Shown: positions 8,783 through 20,176 of the stretch, piece after piece
How positions within the stretch are numbered: position 1 is the first letter of the stretch
Layout of the letters: each line of letters starts with the position of its first letter
From: Acanthaster planci
Lineage: Eukaryota
Assembly (NCBI RefSeq): GCF_001949145.1
Contig: NW_019091357.1
Location: 1,419,210 to 1,451,428 of the forward strand
Reading direction: 5' to 3'
DNA: 32,219 bases
Position numbers and translations under genes: made by a program
The notes under the pieces: model-generated
The model's input: only the letters and a program-made list of their open reading frames with translations
Told to the model about the DNA's origin: nothing
Database searches by the model: none

Positions 8783-11700
8783 TCACCTGCAGACATAGGA
8801 CAAAAACCAATTCACTTCTTCGTTTATGACTTCTAACGGCATGTGTATGTCTGGCTTTCCGTACGCTAAGCTCATCTGCCAGACATCGTAGAAAAACACA
8901 CCGGTGCCGCGGAACGTGTCCCGTAATATGCGACCCCAGGCCCAAAGGGTATAATCACTGGCGTAGACTGCCTTCAGTACATTCTCGTGTTCCCTGGTGT
9001 GAGTACCTTTTAAGACAACGGGGACGTCAGGGCACCGCTCCCGTAACCGAAGCACAGCTTCCTTGAGAAGATTCATCCGCTCAGCGAAACTTTCACGTGT
9101 CCATTGGGTGAAATGGCCCCACGGACATAAAACTATGATGTATTCATTGCACTGGTTGCTCCGTATGTTGTCCAAAATATCCACCTCGTATGGGGTGGTA
9201 TCTAAATATACCTTGGAATTTGTCACAACTCGTGGATGAAAATAAAAACTCGTTTCTATTTTACTGTCTTGATAGTAATGATGTATAACCATTTTGTCTG
9301 CTCCCGTTCCTAAGTGCTTCCAAGGATATCCCATTTTCTTTGCCAGCAGGCTGTACCAACTCCTCACATTCGAGTCGCCATGAATGAACACGTGTTTCTG
9401 ACGTAAGCATTCCCGGACGGCTTTTACATTATCCCATTTCTGGACCTTGCACTGGAGGTGGTACCAGTCCGCGTCGAGCCAGAACCCATGGTTCAAAGGG
9501 GGCTCCTCATCAGGATTGCAAATTGGTGCTTGAGTTATGATAGTGGCGTTGCTTTGTGCTTCCGAAATAAAAAAGGAGGAAACATATTTAAGTTAACAAC
9601 AGCGTAAGACAATATTGCGGGTATTTAGAGGTGGATAATAATTGAAAAAAATTGATAGTTAGGAAAGTACCACAGTTCTGTCTATAATTGGTATAATTCT
9701 GAAGTCAGAGAAGACCTTGTCATATTAAGTCAGACAGACAATACTCACTTCCGATCGTGATTTTCGGGGGTCCTCGTGTGAGTGGTTGCAAATAGTTCTT
9801 CCTGGAAAAAAAGTTCCAAACATTTAGCATATAAGTATAAAGAACATTTAGAGATACACGCATACGTATTTTCTTCTACAATAGTTCCACACACCTAAAT
9901 TGTCACCTACAATATGAAGCCAGTTTATTATTACTAATGTGGCTTCACAGGGACCGACCTACCCATCAAACAATGCTGTGTCATTTTGCAGTAATTCCCG
10001 AGTTCTGTTGTTAACCATGTTTGGGTCGACTGCAACCGTTTTGAAATCTTCACACTTGGCAACTCGTGGCTTCTGACAGTAAAAAGCCGTCGAGCCCATG
10101 GCCCTGGGATTGTGATCGACGACGCACAGGTTAGAAGTGGATGTCAAATTTCTGTGCACGAAGCATAAGGCTGTTTCAATGGAGTGCCTCCCCCAGAACT
10201 CCGCTTTCCAAAAGACTCGTCTTTCGACCGGCCAATACTTTTCCCGCAGCCATTTCGTAGCCTCGCTCGGGGCTGCCAGAGTTATGTGCACGAACGCAGT
10301 TCCCTGCCAGCCAACATAGAAGTACACGCTGTACGAGCCGTTATTGTGGTCCACGACGGACCCAGCGGTACGCCCTCCCGTGGTCGGGTATTCACCGGCC
10401 TCGCTGGTGAGAACCGTAAACCAGAAATCCCCACCGGACGTCTTGTTCCTGCCATTTGAGTCCTTGGCTTGAATGACAAAATGTGCAGTGTCACCGACGT
10501 GGAGGGTCTCGCCCACCAGTCTGTAGGTTGACTTGAGGGCGCTCGTCAGTGCCCCGCTGCCAGTTAACAAAGAAGGCCGAGTCTTCGAATGGAACGACGT
10601 AATCCGGGGAATTGGCGACAGCTGTTGCATCGGAGAAATCTAAGGAAGGAAATTTGGAACATTTCCAAATCAGATGAACGAAAAATAAAAATGATGGAGA
10701 TATAAGCCTTTGAAACCTACAAACAAGCTAGGTGGGGAGACTCTTTCGAAGGGGCAAAAAGGGCGCTAAACATGGAGTAATACTTGAACAATATTTTGGA
10801 TACCTGAGCATCTTGCTACTCATCAGGCAATCACTTTTTCTTTTAACTTATAAAATTATTTTCAAAATGGAAACTTCAGACCTTGTCCTGCCTATAAAGG
10901 ACAGCTTTAAAATAACCATGAAAAGTCTTCCAAATGTTTTTGAAATTCTCTGTTTTGCCAAACAAGCTGTAGGGTGAGGGTATCCTTGTAACATTTCCAT
11001 ATGGCTTTAACTTACGGTTTCCAAGCATTAAACATGGAAGCTTAAGTCTGGTAAACTTCGAAAAGCAAAAACCTGCGACCCACCGTCGACACGACACGAT
11101 GGGTTGGGGGCAGTAAGACAACGCCCATTATCATAATGTGCCATGGCAGTGCAATTGGCTAAGTTCGTGTTGAATAATTTTCCCTGGTAGATAAATGTCG
11201 CCCCTATATTTTGTTCGGTACCATTCTGGTGCGCCGGTCTGAACCGGATGTAACTACTCTGTGCCTGCTGTACTTGATTGGTATTATATTGAAAGTGCTT
11301 CTGCAACTGGCAAGCCACATTTTGAACGTGTACATTGGTACTCATTGTGTTTACACGAAAGCTCCGTTTGTAAACTAGGGCTATAGCGTTCCTATGGCCT
11401 GGGATTTCCCCGTGACGAGAAATGGGCCTGTTATCGGTTGCACGACAATCAACCGTTATGGGCATTGACGGAATTTTCTCCCCCTTTTTTGGGGGGGGGG
11501 GCATAGCATTTTTTAGCGGTGGATCGGAAGGGGGAGGGAAATTTCCCCGGGCTGGGGGCCTTAGCGCTCAACGATATCATACCGACTAAAATCGGGCAAA
11601 CCATACAAGCATCCAACATTTCGACTGGTACTTCAACTTGTAGAGAAGTTTTCAACCCTTTTTATCCAAAACTGAGTGTCCCGGTCCTCCTCGATTGCAA

Positions 11701-11978
11701 CCTTTTGGTAATCATGAGTGCAGCATTTATGTCTCCAACAATAAGCTCCTATGGCTCTCTTAGGCCAAAGGTATGTTTCCCTTAACATTCAGCGTCAATT
11801 CCATAGAAAGACTGGCGATTCTCAAGCGACTAGTGCTAAACAAGGGCAAAGACAGAAAAGTACTCTATAAGCTTACCTTGACGTAAAGAACTACCGACAA
11901 GAAGACGGAGAGAACAAGAAACAGCAACGGCCAACCAAATCGGCCGGGACAGGGTCGGATGCAGTACGATACTTTCAT
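8783..11978 (-). CDS. NXPE3: NXPE family (neurexophilin and PC-esterase domain) type II membrane protein, NXPE3-like; exons 11978-11877, 10639-9963, 9801-9749, 9558-8783 (535 aa; possible extra exon 11300-11073)
   Basis: Exon 1 encodes a signal anchor (MKVSYCIRPCPGRFGWPLLFLVLSVFLSVVLYVK). Exon 2 has the NXPE Ig/filamin-like motifs (LHVGD..AKDSNGRNKTSGGDFW..GSVVDHNNGSYSV..PSEA, FYCQKP). The last exon has GFW, HGDSNVRSW, WGHF, P.VPVVLKG and DVWQMS..DIHMP..NEEVNWFLSYVC. Intron phases 0, 2, 1 join in frame. The family call is secure; the exact ortholog is not. Confidence 0.9.
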
Positions 11979-12669
11979 CGTGCATGAATCGCGTGATGTC
12001 TAAATTAAGCGTCTGAATCTGCAGTGGCACTCTCACCAAAATCGACCGAGGCAAGTCGACTCATGAGCATCATTTTGTCGATGGCCAATCTTCTGTTACA
12101 AACCTGCGAGACACGTATGCATGCAGGATCGCATTTGCTGACGTCAATCGTTGGGTAGCGGGTACCCACAGAATTTGGGACACCAACGGAGTAATTTTTC
12201 AATTCCCGTTTTAGTAGTTCACCGGATATTCGTCATTTTCTCACTGACTTTGCTAGGACAAACTCATCACACGAGACACAAAACCGCAATAGCATGGTTG
12301 CATAGTGTCTGCACCAGACACTGGAGAAAATAGGCTGGGTTACCTGAAAATATTCTCCACATATTTCCCAGGAAATCATAGCGGAAAACAAAGCAAATGC
12401 AAGAAGTTTTTAAGTGCATTCTTAAATAGCATGCACCACATATTAAAGGTGCTATACATCTCCGAATTAAACGTAATTGTGCGTTCCTTTCGCTAACGTG
12501 CTCCCCTCCTAGGGAAAAACCTGGGGGAAAGAGGGAACTATGACCCCAATTTTGGGGAGGTCGACCATAGGATTACCATAAAGATATTTATGCAGTAGCC
12601 TATGTCTACATACAGGGAACTAAAGTTTTTCAGGAACTTAAAATTATTTGCCCCCGTGAAAGAATGTGA

Positions 12670-12762
12670 GCAATACGGGCGAATCACAACAGAGTGCCAC
12701 CAAGAGTTTGCAACGCGTTGGCCAATCACAGTGCACAAAATCTGTCGACCCTTTCCAAACGC
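12670..12762 (+). repeat. Dispersed repeat, copy 1 (inverted relative to 21995-22088); probable non-autonomous element fragment
   Basis: GCAATACGGGCGA..CAAGAGTTTGCAACGCGTTGGCCAATCACA..AAATCTGTCGACCCTTTCCAAACGC matches the reverse complement of 21995-22088 in long exact blocks. Confidence 0.85.
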
Positions 12763-13383
12763 GCAAACAGATTTTGCGCACTGTGACTCTTGGTGGCGCA
12801 CTATTTTGAAATTGCCGTATAGTGTAATTCGACCCCCAGAAGTAGAAATAATTACTGCGGTGGTGCAACGCTCAGGGACAGGTGGTCCGCGCACGTTTCA
12901 TGCCTTAGTTTTCAGCCGGGCGTCGTGTTTGCCATATGCACGCGGGCGTCGAGCTAAAGAATGTGCGTGTGAGCGCGGCGCCACCGCAGTTATGGCGTCT
13001 AATCTAGACACTGCATGCTAAAACGAACCCTGATTGAAAGCACAATCATGCACCAGACTATTTTACATTAACATACATATCCTAAACTTTTGGATGTGCA
13101 TGTGATCCAAATCCTGGGTGAGAGAGCAGGTAGCCATACGTCGTCAACACCATGGGGACGAAGTTGCCCAGGCGAGTTAATGATTATCGTGTGTGCAGAA
13201 AAACATTGTAACCAATGTTTAGCGCTGCTGTCCCTAATTAAGGACACATTTCAACAGAAGGCATAATCAGCGGCGTGTCCAGCTTTTAGTGTGTGTGTGT
13301 GTGAGGGGGGGAAAGTCAAAAGCAAATGCCACTACGGGCTCAACATGATGTTGGGGTAGAAAAAAACCAAAAGCCTTACTCAC

Positions 13384-13446
13384 GGTACCAGCATCCTTGC
13401 TTTCACATTTGCTGGTGTTGTTTTCTCAGGGTGTTGGTGCTAATAT
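13384..13446 (-). other. Probable non-coding 5'UTR exon of the NXPE gene (63 nt)
   Basis: Acceptor tttatttatcag| and strong donor |gtgagtaag on -. All three frames contain stops. It lies 1.4 kb upstream of the NXPE ATG. Confidence 0.4.
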
Positions 13447-14400
13447 CTGATAAATAAATATACCGATTACTTTCTTTCCTACCCACCTATGAAGAATTTT
13501 TTGCAAAAAAAAAGTCAAGTTGCCTCGGGCCCCACCCCGGCCCCCACATGCCACTTATTACTTACAAGTGCAATCGCCCCGTACACGCACGCTTTGACTT
13601 GGCATGCGCGTGCACTTGGTAAATCAGGATTATCCTATTGGTTGAAGACTGATATAACGCGCGCGTACCACCTGTACACGACGGTCGTGTCAATGGCCGC
13701 CGAATTACACTATTGATGGCTTCGCTCGCAGGAACACTAGGCCTATATAGGGGCGCATGCGTAAGCTGGCATTACGCGGGTCATGCACAAGGGCCCCGGA
13801 CCCCACGCCGTTAATTCTTGGCATTCCACGCTCGCATTAGTTCTGGTCAAGATTACGTCCCTGCCCCATTCAATATGACAAGCAATGGACATCCTTGACT
13901 GTCAAACCTCAATAATTTTACCAGACGTTATATGAAATAATTTCATCACTCTGTGTCTTTTTTTTACTATTCAAAAGCCAGGACTGGGCTTAAGCTACAA
14001 TCCACTTCTCCAGAAAAGCAGGTCTTCCACCCAATACAGCATGCATGGCAACGTTCCGTTCAAAATGCACGTACAATTTTTGAGCAAACAATATGTGCCT
14101 TCAACTCTTAAGGCCACTTTATAACTACCCCGTCTAGAGAGGAAAAAATTATGCAGATAAATCGTGGCGATTGAAAAAAAAGGTTGTAACTTCACTCTCT
14201 CAGCGACGCAGATCAAACTTCAGATCGAGTGCCAAGTATTTTCTCTAATTTTTCACCGTTGCACTTCGGCTACATTCACACACAATCATATCAGAAACGC
14301 ATGATGTATCAGCGTCCATCACACACAACCTTCAGCATTTCAAAGAATTTCCCAGTAGAATAACCACAAGTTGATGAGGACGACTGGCTTTTACCACCAT

Positions 14401-14406
14401 TTTATT
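14401..14406 (-). terminator. Candidate polyadenylation signal of HINT3
   Basis: AATAAA on - about 1.17 kb past the stop at 15571. Confidence 0.4.
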
Positions 14407-14806
14407 GCTGACAAATTACTTTCAGCATCATTTTATTCATTCTGCACGTTGAACTGTAGCAACTCAAACTGCCAACAGTGACAACATTTAAGCTTTAAAA
14501 GCCTGAGAGGTTAAAAATAATAACACAATTTTAGCAATAATATTGTGCAAAATATTTTGTTCATAATTTAAATTACAATAACCTGGGTAATCCTATATAA
14601 AGGGGTAACGAGTTTGATGTTTTGGACACATTTCCAACAATTTTTTACTAACAATCTATTTCAGTTTTTGGTGAAACACCTGTCCTGGCCAAGTCTATCG
14701 TAAATTATGTGCCTCACGCCAGTACATGTAGCGTTAAAAATTTCCTTGTATGGAAATCGATGTGTACATGGTGTATACGACAAGATAGGGCATAGAACAT
14801 AACAGT

Positions 14807-15147
14807 TTGTCGTGTGCCCGCCAAAAGGTCATAAGTGCGCTTACGCCCTTTTGTCTGGAAGCATGATCACAGTAGAAAAGATGTTCCCGGTAAAAGGGCG
14901 TAAGAAACACACTCTCTTTATTTAGTACAAACGGATAAAATTTACTACAAAATCAACACAGGCTGTGCAAAAAGCAACCTTTAAACAACTTATCAAACGA
15001 CTTGGGAGATTTTTTTGTAACTATTTGCAAAGAAACCTTTATATTCATTAAAATAAAACAGTTACATACATACGTCCTTTTGGCAGCGATAATGTGTCCT
15101 GGCAAAAAGTCGTAAGCGCTTACAACCTACTTCTGGGCACACGATAA
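14807..15147. mobile_element. MITE-like fold-back element (~340 bp) with imperfect terminal inverted repeats
   Basis: The left end TCGTGTGCCC..AGGTCATAAGTGCGCTTACGCCCTTTTGTCTGGA pairs with the right end TCCTGGCAAAAAGTCGTAAGCGCTTACAACCT..GGGCACACGA. The core is AT-rich and non-coding. No clear target-site duplication. Confidence 0.65.
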
Positions 15148-15570
15148 GTTATCCTCAGTGTTTTACGGGCGGTATATAAACATCCCAGTTTTTGACCAGT
15201 AGGAAAGGTCAAATTCTTATTAACATATTTACGACTTTCATTTTCACTATGCTGCCTGAATGAAAGAACTTTGATTTCTTAGCATGCAAAACCACAGATT
15301 ATTTTCCATTGAAATGCCAGCATGCCAACTGGAGTGATATCGGCTACCATCACGTTTGCCACAAAGACAGCAAGGAAAGCAACGATTACCGGTGACATAA
15401 CAAGAAAAAAAGAACATGTTGCACAGAGGCAGTCGCAAGCCTCTTCATTGATTTCCACACAACTCTTCATCCTCGGTTTTATCTGCAAGGAGTGGGCAAC
15501 AGTGACACTCACTACAATGGCATGGATACACACGTGACAATGACCACTGACAATGACAATGACACATAGC

Positions 15571-18500
15571 TTAAATTTCTGTCCCCTTGCCTGACGATTC
15601 TCCGATTGTTTCATTCGCCTCCTTTATTGCACTTGGATTCGATTGCTCTGGCCGAACTGACGTGGCATCTGGTAGGTTTTTCAGCCTCTGTAGAAGCCAG
15701 TCATACTGAGGACGGAAAGGTTTGAAAAAATGGACATTGAAAGCAACCTAGAGAAAGTGGGACACCTGAAACTTCAAAATGTAATATGCATGTACTGTTG
15801 CAATCCATACTGCAGCAGATTCAGTTGGAAGACTGAAATGGGTGAGCACCTGGCTCTGTTTCTGTTATCACTACAAACAATCTTGTACCCATTCTGAGAC
15901 AATGTTTCTAAAATTCCCCACTCTCTGTTTAAAATGGAATCAAACATTGCTTTGCATTTGCCACAATACAAGATCAAGTGACAAGAGCCAAGACAACACG
16001 GTCCTTACCGTGACAAACCAGGGAGAATTATTCCTGTACATCAGGCTACTGAAGAGCTTCATACTACTGGCTGGGTAGGCCATGTGAAGATGGAGGTGCT
16101 CCACAGTGTTGAACGGAGGCCAGTGGAATCCGACCCTGGTGAAATCAGAGAGGAACAGTGACAAGTGGAAAGGCTGTACCACGGGGGGCCAACAGATCTC
16201 TGTACAGACGACGCCACACTTTGTATGAGTGTGCTTTCTTAGATGGAACGAAAAAGCAAAATAACTTTGATATCTATTTTGAAATAGATCAGTTTTAAAT
16301 CATTCAGAATGGTACAGCGGGACACAGAATACAAGATCGATTTATTTTAGAGGGGAAATTTGGAGTAAATGTACTATTACACTGTATAGACTTTACTTGA
16401 GGCCTTTTGTAAAACACTTGCTTTTGTTTTAGGCACTGGAATGTTGGCGAGATTTGTACGAATACCTTACACATATCAGTACCCAAGGGGAAATCCTGCC
16501 GTGTATACAGTGCTAGCAGAACAGAAAATAGTCGCATGAGCAGAGACTTGCAGATCTAGCAGGGCCACAAAATCAGACCTGGATCTACGTAAATCTAGAG
16601 TCTGGTGCTCGCATGGCTTTGTTCAAGAATGAAATTGGGTCACCTCCTAATGATTTTCCCTGTGTACTGCAGACAGGGACACAATGCTGTGTGGAATACT
16701 GTAAAGAGCCAGTAAGGACGCAATGCATCATGGGCATTGTCAGGAGTTTTTGCGGGGTGGGGGGGGTAGGCAAAGCATTCTCCAGCAACAAACTGATGAA
16801 CCATTAGCAGTGGAAGGAGGTCTTTTTTCACTTCTCTTTTTTCCCAATATTTTTTCTGTGCCCTCCTTCTTCTGACAGACATGCATGGCAAGCACCAGTG
16901 CAGCAGGCAAGTATGTCACTAGTCTATTCAAGTTTGACAAGTCCATCACAAGACATTCCTGCTTTAGCCAAATTGCAAGCTCCTCAAATGAACCACGACA
17001 AAACACACTCCTTTGTCAATCTTCACAAGTAAATCTTCCGCCATCTTGTGACAGGACTTGTGATAAACCTGACAATTTGACCTGGCATGCTCTCCATGAT
17101 TAATATGCATCCAATGCAGAGCATGTAAATCATATGCAACCCCGATTTTCATCTGAATGTGCACAAAATACTACCGTTTACACAAAGGAGCACACGTGAT
17201 AATGGACAAATGGGAGCAAGGGTTCTGAAGAGTGACAAGTAGCCTTAATATCATTTTTATTTAACGTTGAGGGGGGGGGGTGCATGGCTGGCCCCATAGG
17301 CACATCTACTCCACCCCCTCCAACTGTCAACTGCTCCTCTGCCCCCCTAACAATTGCAAAATCTTACTTTGCATCGTCCAGGCTGCCCCCTTTCTGTTCC
17401 AGGACTCCTTGTCCAACATCATGAAGGTACTCCACTGGGAATATGTAAAACAACAAGAACTGTGAACATGGCACAAAATGTTTCTAGTTGCAGAGAGTTA
17501 AGAGCCTGTTAGCGCTCAAGTTGCCTTGGCGGATTTGTTCAACTTTAAGACTGTCTTGCATTTACTCTGAATGAATTCAGGAAAAAAGAGCTTAGTGACG
17601 CAGCAAGGAAGCTAACTGTATCCCAACAGAGGTAAACAAATTGACTTCCTGGGGAAACCTGCAGAACGACTGCAGAGCACGAGTGAGCAGGATTTGAACA
17701 GTAAGATTTTCAGAAATTCAGGGTAATGGCATCTCATGAGCAAGTCTGTTGCCATGATATTTTTTTTCCACTGATGCATGACCTTACCCATTGGAATGTC
17801 AGCTTTGGTCAGCGTCTTGGGGTTGCCATGGTGACAATTTGGAATGATCAGGAGATGCTCCTTGGCCGCCGGTCGAATGTCATAGAAGACTGTCACTTCG
17901 CTGTTCTAAAAAGAGCCATGCTCATTGTGAAAAGCTGAAACTTAATCACAACGGCGGTCTTTGTACCAAAATATTCTTCGGGAATGGATGACTGATCATT
18001 TTAAAAGCCCACATGACATTATATGATGTTCTATACCGCAGGAATTACGAGGCTGGCCTTTCTATCTCTCTGAGACGTGTGATGATGAGCTCTGGAGCTC
18101 TAGAAGAATGTAGGCATTCTGACAGCTCGCAGGATAATTTTTAGGGTCCTTACAACTTGAGGAGTTACAGCCAAGAGTTACATTTTTCAAATTTACGATG
18201 CTTTGTTCGCCCATGGCTTGATTGGCTAGCTTCAAAAGCTGCGCCATTGGCTTTGCAAGCGAACACTACGTCGGGGGTAAACATTATAAAGTCAGCCGCA
18301 TTTCCCACCTGCCATTGCCAACATCGTTAATTGACTGAGGCAGTTGGACATCCACGTACAAGTAGGCCCTAATGAAAATGTTGGGCTATATTTATTATTT
18401 AATCGATTGATTAGGCCTATTGATTCGTCTACCATCAGCCAGTTGTAATTTCATCAGTTCACGACAGTTGGAAGCTGCTACGAGCATGACCAGCAAGATC

Positions 18501-19381
18501 AACTGATTTAGTATTTGCGCAAGTGCAGCAGGAGATCGTACAAACAAGCGCACCAAAAATGGTTGTGAAGTAAGCATGCATTTATTTCATTTCATTTATT
18601 ATTTCGCAGGTCAAATCTACAATGAATAAAACAAAGTAAGTAAAAACAAATTACATACAGTAAAGACATACAAAAGACAAAGTTTAAATATAGCGTCAAA
18701 CCTTATAAAAAGACTAAGACCCAAACACCAAAATAGTTGCATGCCCCTGCCGGATTACTAAAAAGTGAACTAAATCACTATCAAGTAGTTCTCCCATAGC
18801 ATGACTAAAAACCATAAATTGCAAAATCGCAAACATTTTAGCGGACCACTTTAAAACACATAATCTCAAGCATGACAATAACCCTACTGGGTATTACAAC
18901 ATCCGTGAGTTTACATGTATGTGATAATTTTATGTATTGCACCATATTAACAAGAAAAGCAAAGAAGACACCCCGATGGTAACTAAAAATCTAAGAACAA
19001 AACAAAACTCCCACAAAACGAACTCCAAAGAGACAGTCGACAAGAAACAGGCATGACAGGTGACCCTACAGATGAAGAAATGCAACCTTCTATTCTGAAG
19101 GGGTCTGTCTCCATTACAAAAAGGGACTAGGTTCGCATCATTTCAGGCACAGGGCCTATTTTTGTATGATGCACAGTATGAACACAATGAACGATGGAGA
19201 AAAAACAATGTGATCTAGGACTAGACAAATTCAGACCGGAACTTTAAAAACCTACCTTAAACAGAACACTGCTCGTTGCTTCACCCCTCGATATTTTACA
19301 GAAGATGCAGTCCTCCTTTATGACGGGCTCTTTACCTTTGGTAATGACATCTGATTTGAATTTACTTGACAAATCTTCCAT
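15571..19381 (-). CDS. HINT3: Histidine triad nucleotide-binding protein 3 (adenosine 5'-monophosphoramidase); exons 19381-19256, 17905-17788, 17434-17368, 16135-16009, 15705-15571 (190 aa)
   Basis: Spliced protein: MEDLSSKFKSDVITKGKEPVIKEDCIFCKISRGEATSSVLFK|NSEVTVFYDIRPAAKEHLLIIPNCHHGNPKTLTKADIPMV|EYLHDVGQGVLEQKGGSLDDAK|VGFHWPPFNTVEHLHLHMAYPASSMKLFSSLMYRNNSPWFVT|YDWLLQRLKN.. It has CIFC, DIRP, the HINT3-type GFHWPPF, the HIT motif HLHLH and WFVT. All introns are GT-AG with phases 0, 1, 2, 0. Confidence 0.95.
18578..18800 (-). mobile_element. Possible 3' tail of a truncated non-LTR retrotransposon in HINT3 intron 1
   Basis: On -, a T-rich tract ends in AATAAATGAAATGAAATAAAT, resembling the short-repeat tails of CR1/L2-clade 3'UTRs. 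No reverse transcriptase sequence is visible. Confidence 0.3.
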
Positions 19382-19497
19382 TATTGTGCTTCAAGATATC
19401 TACAATCACACCATGGAGGAATAAAACACAGATCATACGAAGTCTGTAGACGTCGACCGCACTCATGGCACCGGCCCACCGCAGTACCGGCATGATA

Positions 19498-19639
19498 CGG
19501 AAGTTTGCGCTTAACCAAGAAAGCGCCGCCACGTGGCTGCTTCTGTCCATGTTCGCCATCTCATGCAAACTGGGCGTGGCTTCTGATGGTTGGATATAGA
19601 CTGGACGCAAGATGAACACGGCGCAGATGCACATGCGCA
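19498..19639 (-). promoter_or_regulatory. Housekeeping-type proximal promoter of HINT3
   Basis: CpG-rich stretch 120-260 nt upstream of the ATG with ETS CGGAAGT (19498-19504), palindromic E-box GCCACGTGGC (19528-19537), YY1-like AGATGGCG on - (19554-19561), GC-box GGGCGTGGC (19572-19580) and NRF1-like TGCACATGCGCA (19628-19639). Confidence 0.65.
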
Positions 19640-20170
19640 GGGGCTAACAGGGTGTGAAGCCACTGTTCTCCATTACAAAGGAGATCGATGTGTAAAGCAT
19701 TTTTTTAAATATAACCCTGGCTTCAGTCTGTGTTGACGAAACGTTAACCCCAAATGGAACGAGATGAATATTGTTTCAACTTCACACAGGCCAGTTTTAA
19801 ATTTTTTTCTTCGTGTTTCTTTTCCCAGAAATAATTTCATATTCTGCTTGTAATGGTAATATTTTTTATTAAGCTACAATTGTCTAATTATGCTGGAGGA
19901 CAGAGTTCCACTTTCCACATCGAAGATCGTCGAACATGTTTATTGCCCGAGGACCGTAACTGCTTATCAAATTATTCGTCGGTAGGTTTCTAGTAATCCA
20001 ATATGGAACCCATGTAGTGCAAAGGCATACGAGGCGCACGCGCACTGTACGCCATTGGCCGTTTTAATTTATCAAGTCGACAAAAATACACAAATTAACA
20101 CAAAATTACACCGTCATGAATAAACAAAAACAAAACGAGAACATGCGTCTGCAATGGTACTTGAAAGCTT

Positions 20171-20176
20171 TTTATT
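20171..20176 (-). terminator. Probable distal polyadenylation signal of the stathmin gene
   Basis: AATAAA on - followed about 30-55 nt later by a GU/U-rich tract (TTCTCGTTTTGTTTTTGTTTATT). It is the last such signal before the HINT3 promoter. Confidence 0.5.

Noticed and set aside
11836..12054. ORF MPRSILVRVPLQ.. as NXPE exon 1
   Set aside because: Wrong phase for exon 2. The alternative frame from ATG 11978 gives a clean signal anchor and phase 0.
19109..19679. 13-bp direct repeat TCTCCATTACAAA flanking HINT3 exon 1 and promoter
   Set aside because: Too short to call a target-site duplication, and the enclosed sequence is an ordinary exon and promoter.
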